Source of the DNA: the human T2T-CHM13v2.0 reference genome, Homo sapiens
Length of the DNA stretch: 64,000 nucleotides
Reading direction: 5' to 3' (one strand)
NCBI RefSeq assembly: GCF_009914755.1
Contig: NC_060929.1
Position 1 is the stretch's first letter; each line of letters opens with the position of its first letter. The notes under the pieces are model-generated. The model did no database searches and had not been told where the DNA came from. It saw nothing but the letters and a program-made list of their open reading frames with translations. Made by a program: the position numbers and the translations under genes. Below are positions 57,401 through 64,000 of this stretch, piece after piece.

Positions 57401-58119
57401 GAATAAAGTGAATGATTTCTTTCAAACATCTTGTCTCCATTCAGACTTTCTCCATCCCCCTAAGGATTCAGATGTATTGACCCTAGAGTTCTGAGTCTAG
57501 AGCCTTTCTTTCTGCCTTGATGCAGCTTATCATTGAGAAAATTAGCCCAGAACAGCTCAGCCATTTGATGAGGAAGGAGAGGAATAGCAAAGGGAGTTGG
57601 GGGTTGGATCAGTTAATCAGCTAACCAGCCAAAATCTCGATATATTATCCCTCCACGAATGTTTCAGGGTTCTTGGTGAGAGTTTTCAAATCCATAACAA
57701 AATAACCAGAAAAAGAATGTCTACTCTGTGTTGCAATTTGCCTATGACTTGGATGAGTCTGTTTCAAATGACCCTCCGTGAGGACTGCCACATTCAGTTG
57801 TGCAGCCTGTGCACTGCACAAAGGTGCTCCTGCCCAGGGGAGCAGGAGGAAGCTGGAATTCACCAGGGACTCTGCTTACGAGCTGGGCCTGCCTGGGCCT
57901 CTTTCAATCATAGCCTGGGGCTCTTTCAATCTTAGAGAGGAGCCTCAGGAGGTCAGCTGTAACTTGTCTGCCAGAAAGGGTAACCTTGCGAAATTCCTAC
58001 AATGGTGCTGTATGTACTTGCTGGAGCCCTGACTTAGTTTACCCTCAGCCTCCCCATGTCTCAGTCTGGTCAACATCCTTATCAGAAATTCACACTAGCT
58101 TCCTTTACAATCTGCCTTT

Positions 58120-58460
58120 AGGACAGTCCTGAGGCAAATTTCACTTGTTCTTCCCTCTGCCTGGAATGCTCTTCCCCAGATAGCCACACGGCTCACTCTC
58201 TTCCTTCACTCAGGCCTCTGCTCCAACATCCCCTCTACAGAGAGGTCTTCCCTCCACATCTCCTCTAAAATAGGCCCCCATCCTGCCTTGCTCTCACCTC
58301 TCATCCCACATTCTTCATCCTGCTTATCACCCATGGAATGTGTATGTATTCATTTATCGCAAGCTTCTCAAAAGGAGGGACTCAGTCTCACTCACTAATT
58401 GGTGCCTGTCCTGCGCTGGCACAGAGTAGGTGCTCAGCAAATACATGTTAGATGAATGCA
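58120..58460. mobile_element. L2 3' end
   Basis: CTCTGCCTGGAATGCTCTTCCCC ... GTAGGTGCTCAGCAAATA. Confidence 0.75.
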
Positions 58461-58833
58461 TGGATTGGATCTAAACAGCAAGCAGAGTATGGTATTCCTC
58501 TCCAAAGAGTGCAGGAAATAGAACAGCAAGTGCTGAACCAGGGCAAAGAGAAATGTGAAGTATCATTCTTCCTTAATTCTGCCCTATTACATATAATAAG
58601 ATTAATTTGACTAATGAACCAGTTCCTTAAAACCCATAATGGAGTGGCTCAGTTTTCTCAGAATGATAAACACTGTCTTTAGCCTCTAGGAACTATTTCA
58701 AAGACATAATTGGCTTCTAAGTGATGCTTAGCACGCTTTATTTTTAAACAAAGAGCCAATTCATGACGTGTTCTTCAGATGCTTTGTATGTGAGGCTTAC
58801 TGGGCTTTCACTCTAAAACAAGAAATGCTGGCC

Positions 58834-58998
58834 AGGGGGATGGGAGAGGGGTAACATTAGGAGAAATACCTAATGTAAATGATGAGCTAATGGGTGCAGC
58901 AAACCAACGTGGCACGTGTATACAATATGTAACAAACCTGCACGTTGTGCACAAGTACCCTAGAACTTAAAGTATAATAAATAAATTAATTTTTTTTA
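58834..58998 (+). mobile_element. L1PA 3' end
   Basis: TTAGGAGAAATACCTAATGTAAATGATGAG...CCTAGAACTTAAAGTATAATAA. Confidence 0.9.
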
Positions 58999-59278
58999 AA
59001 AGTTTGTGCTTGAATGTTCTTGGCTGCTTTATTCATAACAGCCCCAAACTGGAAATACTGTAAAGGTCCAACAATTGAAAAATGGATACAAAAAGAAATG
59101 TGATATATAACAGAATTCTACGCCACAATGGGAAAAAAATCCAACACCATGGATAAATCTCAAAAACATGCTGCGTGAAAGAAGCCAGACATATACACAT
59201 ACAAGTGTGGCTGTATGATTCCATTTATATGAATAACAAATGTTTCAGAGCATGAATGAGTTCCAGAACAGGCAAAAG

Positions 59279-59349
59279 TATTCGCTTGATGCAAACGTAA
59301 CTGTGGTTTTTGCCATTGAAAGTAACGACAAACAACGCAATTACTCTTG
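59279..59349. mobile_element. MADE1 (Hsmar1-derived MITE), right TIR truncated
   Basis: TTGATGCAAACGTAACTGTGGTTTTTGCCATTGAAAGTAACGACAAACAACGCAATTACTCTTG resembles the MADE1 palindromic consensus. Confidence 0.8.
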
Positions 59350-59875
59350 GCTACTCCAGACAAGTGGTTAGGGAAGGCACCTCTGAGGAAGGTGACACTA
59401 ATAACTGAAAATTAGTGTCAGAAATTATGGAAAGCCGGTGACACAAAGCAGGATGATGTGATGTCGGGAGTGCGGGTACCCTGACTGAGAAAGGGCAGGA
59501 GGGAACTTCTGTGTCTGAGTGGGAGGCAGGCGTCATTGGCCTCTACAGGAAAGGTCTGATGCTGCCTGGCATGTGACCTCAGCTCAGCCAATCAGATGCT
59601 CCTGCCCAGAGAGGGGAGACTCCATTCTGGTAGTGGCTGCAGCAACCAGTTTCAGGAGAGGAGTGACTTTCGTTCAGTGTTCAGGGGTGGAGACCACAGA
59701 GTCCTCACCACAATGGTTCCGTGGCATAATCTGGGCTGTGACAGTAACTGCAGGCACCTTTCAAGGAGATGAGAATATAGCAGGGGATAAAGAAGACAGG
59801 ATTCCTGCCCTTATGGTAGAAAATTCTAGCTGAAAACATAGAGAAGAAACAAATCAAAAATAAGTAAACAAGGTA

Positions 59876-60206
<331 letters not shown>

Positions 60207-60629
60207 TAGTGACAGTATGACAAAAGAAATAAACAAGCAATGAGCTCCAGTGTGAGTGAGAGGGGCTACTCCAGACAGGTGACCAGGGAAGGTACCTCTG
60301 AGGAAATGACATTTGACCTGAGAGCATTCCAGGCAGAGGGAACAGCATATGCAAAGGCCCTGTGGTAGGTAAAGCTGCCCTGTTGAGCCAGCATTACCAT
60401 GAGCATGGGGAGCAGTGGTATATGGTAAAACTGGAAAACTGGAACAGGACAGATCATGAGGGTCCATAGGCCACAGTAAAGAGTTCAAATTTTATCATAA
60501 GTATAACTGGAAGCTGCTGATGATTTAAAAGCAGAGAGAGCATGATTTTATTTACCTTTCCAAGAGATCAGGGACTGAACAGTTAGAGGCAAGAGTAGAA
60601 ATGGAGATGTAAAATCAGGGGTAGAGTAG

Positions 60630-61075
60630 TGTGACGGTTGCTTTTATGTGCCAACCTGGCTAGTCTATAGAGTGAATTAATCAAACACCGATCTAGGTGT
60701 TGCTGTGAAGGAGTTTTGTAGATGTGGTTGACATCTACAACTAACTGACTTTAAACAAAAAAGATTACCCTCAATAATGTGGGTGGACCTCATTCAATTG
60801 GTTGAAGGCCCTAAGAGGAAAACCTGATTTTCCCAGTGAAGTTCAGCCTCAAAACTACAGCATCAACTCTTGCCTGAGTTTCCAGCCTGCTGACCTGCGC
60901 TAGAGATTTCAGACTTGCCAATCACCACAATTATGTGAGCCAATTTCTTAAAATAAATCATGCTAGACAAATAGATGGAGAGAGAGAGATGGATGGAGAT
61001 ATAGTATATATAGAGAGATATAGATATAGATACAGTTTATTGGTCCATTTCTCTAGAGAAGCCTGACCGATATAA
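60630..61075 (+). mobile_element. MLT2 (ERVL) solo LTR
   Basis: TGTGACGGTTGCTTTTATGTGCCAACCTGG ... GTGAGCCAATTTCTTAAAATAAATC ... TCTCTAGAGAAGCCTGAC. Confidence 0.85.
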
Positions 61076-61347
61076 GTAGTTAACCCCTCAGGGTTCCAGT
61101 GAAGACGAGAGAAGATATTTGTGCAAGTGGTTAGGGTATGTATTGCCTGCCCCACTCACAGTGGACACTCAGTTACTGGCATTCCTCTCCCTCCCTTCTG
61201 TAAGGCTCTGCTGAGTTTCTGGACCCAAAATCTCCAGGTCTTCCCTCACCTGAGAAAAAAACACACTGCATCCAATGTGCATGAGTGGGTAGTGCAAAAA
61301 GATTTTCTTCGACAGGTCAGGTAGAAGCTGACACACCTGCTCCATGA

Positions 61348-61875
<528 letters not shown>

Positions 61876-62708
61876 TAGACTCCTTAGCACTTAGAATAAT
61901 GACTAATGTAGAATCAGCCACTGTTCAATAAGCATTTAGTGAATAAAAAGCATAAAAGAATGAATAATGAAGATTATGATGTGACTTGAGAACATGTTTA
62001 TAAAATATAACTTTGAGTGAAGAAAGCAAAACATAAAACACATGGACCAGGATTCTCACCACATATTTAACAAACAAATACAGCATTCACTGGATGTCCT
62101 GCTAGACACCAGGGACAGAAAGTTGAAGGACAGAGTTTCTTGTTTGAAAGAGTTCATGGGCTAGAGAGAAGACAGGACTGTAAAACTATGCAGAGAGAGT
62201 TTATGAAGTGCTGCAGGAGCCATGAAGCTGGAACTCTAAGAAAAACAGCTCTCAATTAACAAGGCTCACCATTGACCAGGCACCCTGCTCATCTCTGCAC
62301 ATATGTAATCTCAGGTAACGGTCACGATGGCCCCAGGTAAGTGTTAGTCTTACCCCATTTAGACATAAACCAATGCACAGCAAGATCAAGGAACTAATTT
62401 GTGTAGGGTCTAACACCCGATCCAGGCAGAGGTGGAATCAGAACCCAGGCGGACCCGTCTGCAGATCCTGTGTGCTTAAGCACTGTGCCACTTGCTTCTG
62501 GGTTTCTGCATACAGAGAGCTGAAACTCAAGCATGGGATGAACAGAAGTTTGATGGGTCAGAAAAGGAATGAAAATATTGGAAGGGAATACACTAAAAAT
62601 CTAGCAGGGAGATTTCTGGGGAGTAGCATTGAGTGTACACTTGTACTTTTCTGTACTTTTCAAATTCATTTGATTACGTATTTCTTTTATAATCAAAAAC
62701 AACGTGGC

Positions 62709-63006
62709 GGCCGGGTGCAGTGGCTCACACCTGTATTCCTAGCACTTTGGGAGGCCAAGGAGGGCGGATCACAAGGTCAAGAGACTGAGACCATCCTGGC
62801 CAACATGGTGAAACCCCGTCTCTACTAAAAATACAAAAATTAGCTGGGCATGGTGGCGTGCAACTGTAGTCCCAGCTACTCAGGAGGCTGAGGCAGAAGA
62901 ATCACTTGAACCAGCGAATCAGAGGTTGCAGTGAGCCAAGATCGCACCACTGCACTCCAGCCTGGTGACAGAGTGCAGCCTGATGAGGCTCTGGGAAAAA
63001 AAAAAA
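62709..63006 (+). mobile_element. AluSc-like with altered 3' end
   Basis: Alu dimer whose end reads GAGTGCAGCCTGATGAGGCTCTGGG before the poly-A. Confidence 0.9.
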
Positions 63007-64000
63007 GGCTAATATCATCTGGAATTTAAAGTTTTCATTAAAGAGTTCATTTAAACAAACAACAAAAAATATGGTTCTCATTGGATTACCTGTCCTGTCC
63101 TGATGAAAACTTCACTTTGTGATACATTCAGCAAGATCTTTCCTTGGCTCCCTGAACTTTTGCTATGCTCAGAAATGCTCCCAACCTTTGCTGATTTAAG
63201 CATTGTTTTGTTTTTGCTGTTCCCTGAATGGTCAAAGTCCATATTAAAATGCAAGGGTTTTGCAACTTTTGTTGATGCAAGCCTAGCAAGAATTCCCAAG
63301 CATTCGTTTTCTGAATCAAAGAGAAATGTCATTTCAGCTTTATGGAAGCTGTTTCTGAAATGGTTGTAATTGAAACAATGACTGGAAATCATACAAACCC
63401 TTGCTTTCCACTTTTAATTCCCTCTCATTTTTCTTCCTTCATCCATCTGCTTTTCCCACTTTTTCAAATTTGGTCGCACTAGCTCAGATGTCACCACCTC
63501 TATGAACATCTCCTCTCCTGTTAGTCAGGGATGGAAATTCAACTCACAAGAGCTTAAGATTTTAAAAAGAAGGAAAAAGGAAAAGGAAGGGAAAAGAAAA
63601 GAGTTGGGGTGGGGGATGGGGGTTATTGACTCCCATAGCTGGAAGCCCAGGAGGTAGACCAGGAGGCAGATCTAGCCTCGGGCTTGGCTGAGTGTAGGGC
63701 CTGACATGATGTCATCTGACTTCTGTCTCTCTCACATCTTTTAGCCTGGCTTCACCTCCACAGCTCTAGCAGCCCTTAATCCACATTCTCTTAGATTAGC
63801 TGTCTCAATATATGTGTGTGGTGGGGAAGGGAGGCGGGGAGGAGAGGTTACTTCTCTTCCCCAGCGCCTACATATAAATTCAGGGCAGAATTCTGTTTGG
63901 CCCAGCTTGGGCCATGTACCCATGACTGTGGCAGGCAGGAGGAGATCAAGTACCATGATTGATAATCGGACAAGATCAAATGAAATGTGGCAGGGGAATT

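Noticed and set aside
59279-59349. miR-548-like precursor from MADE1
   Set aside because: The right arm is truncated and mismatched, so a good pre-miRNA hairpin is unlikely.
62980-63000. CTGATGAG...GAAA hammerhead ribozyme-like core at an Alu 3' end
   Set aside because: No stem II can form and there is no C before GAAA. It is better explained as a slipped copy of CAGCCTGGTGA.

Overview
Human (primate) genomic DNA containing one protein-coding gene: DRD1, the dopamine D1 receptor, on the minus strand. Its CDS is intronless (29537-30877, 446 aa). It has a 116-bp GT-AG intron in the 5' UTR (31361-31476), a TATA-less CpG-island promoter (~31430-33130) and a ~1.7-kb AU-rich 3' UTR. The other ~57 kb is intergenic and dominated by Alu, L1, L2, MIR, MaLR/ERV LTRs, a MADE1 MITE, simple repeats and a U13 snoRNA retrocopy. 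Apart from DRD1, the listed ORFs appear to be repeat-derived, GC-driven or antisense shadow ORFs. I found no convincing novel biological system. The observations most worth checking are: eight uAUGs in the exon 2 part of the DRD1 5' UTR, including a uORF whose stop overlaps the main start (AUGA) and a strong cryptic splice acceptor 4 nt before the ATG; a 136-bp near-perfect palindrome ~4 kb past the 3' end; two local templated duplications; and two twin-primed L1 insertions that each have an Alu in the tail. Repeat subfamily calls and most repeat boundaries are by eye and approximate. Literature and SNP identifiers are from memory and need verification.
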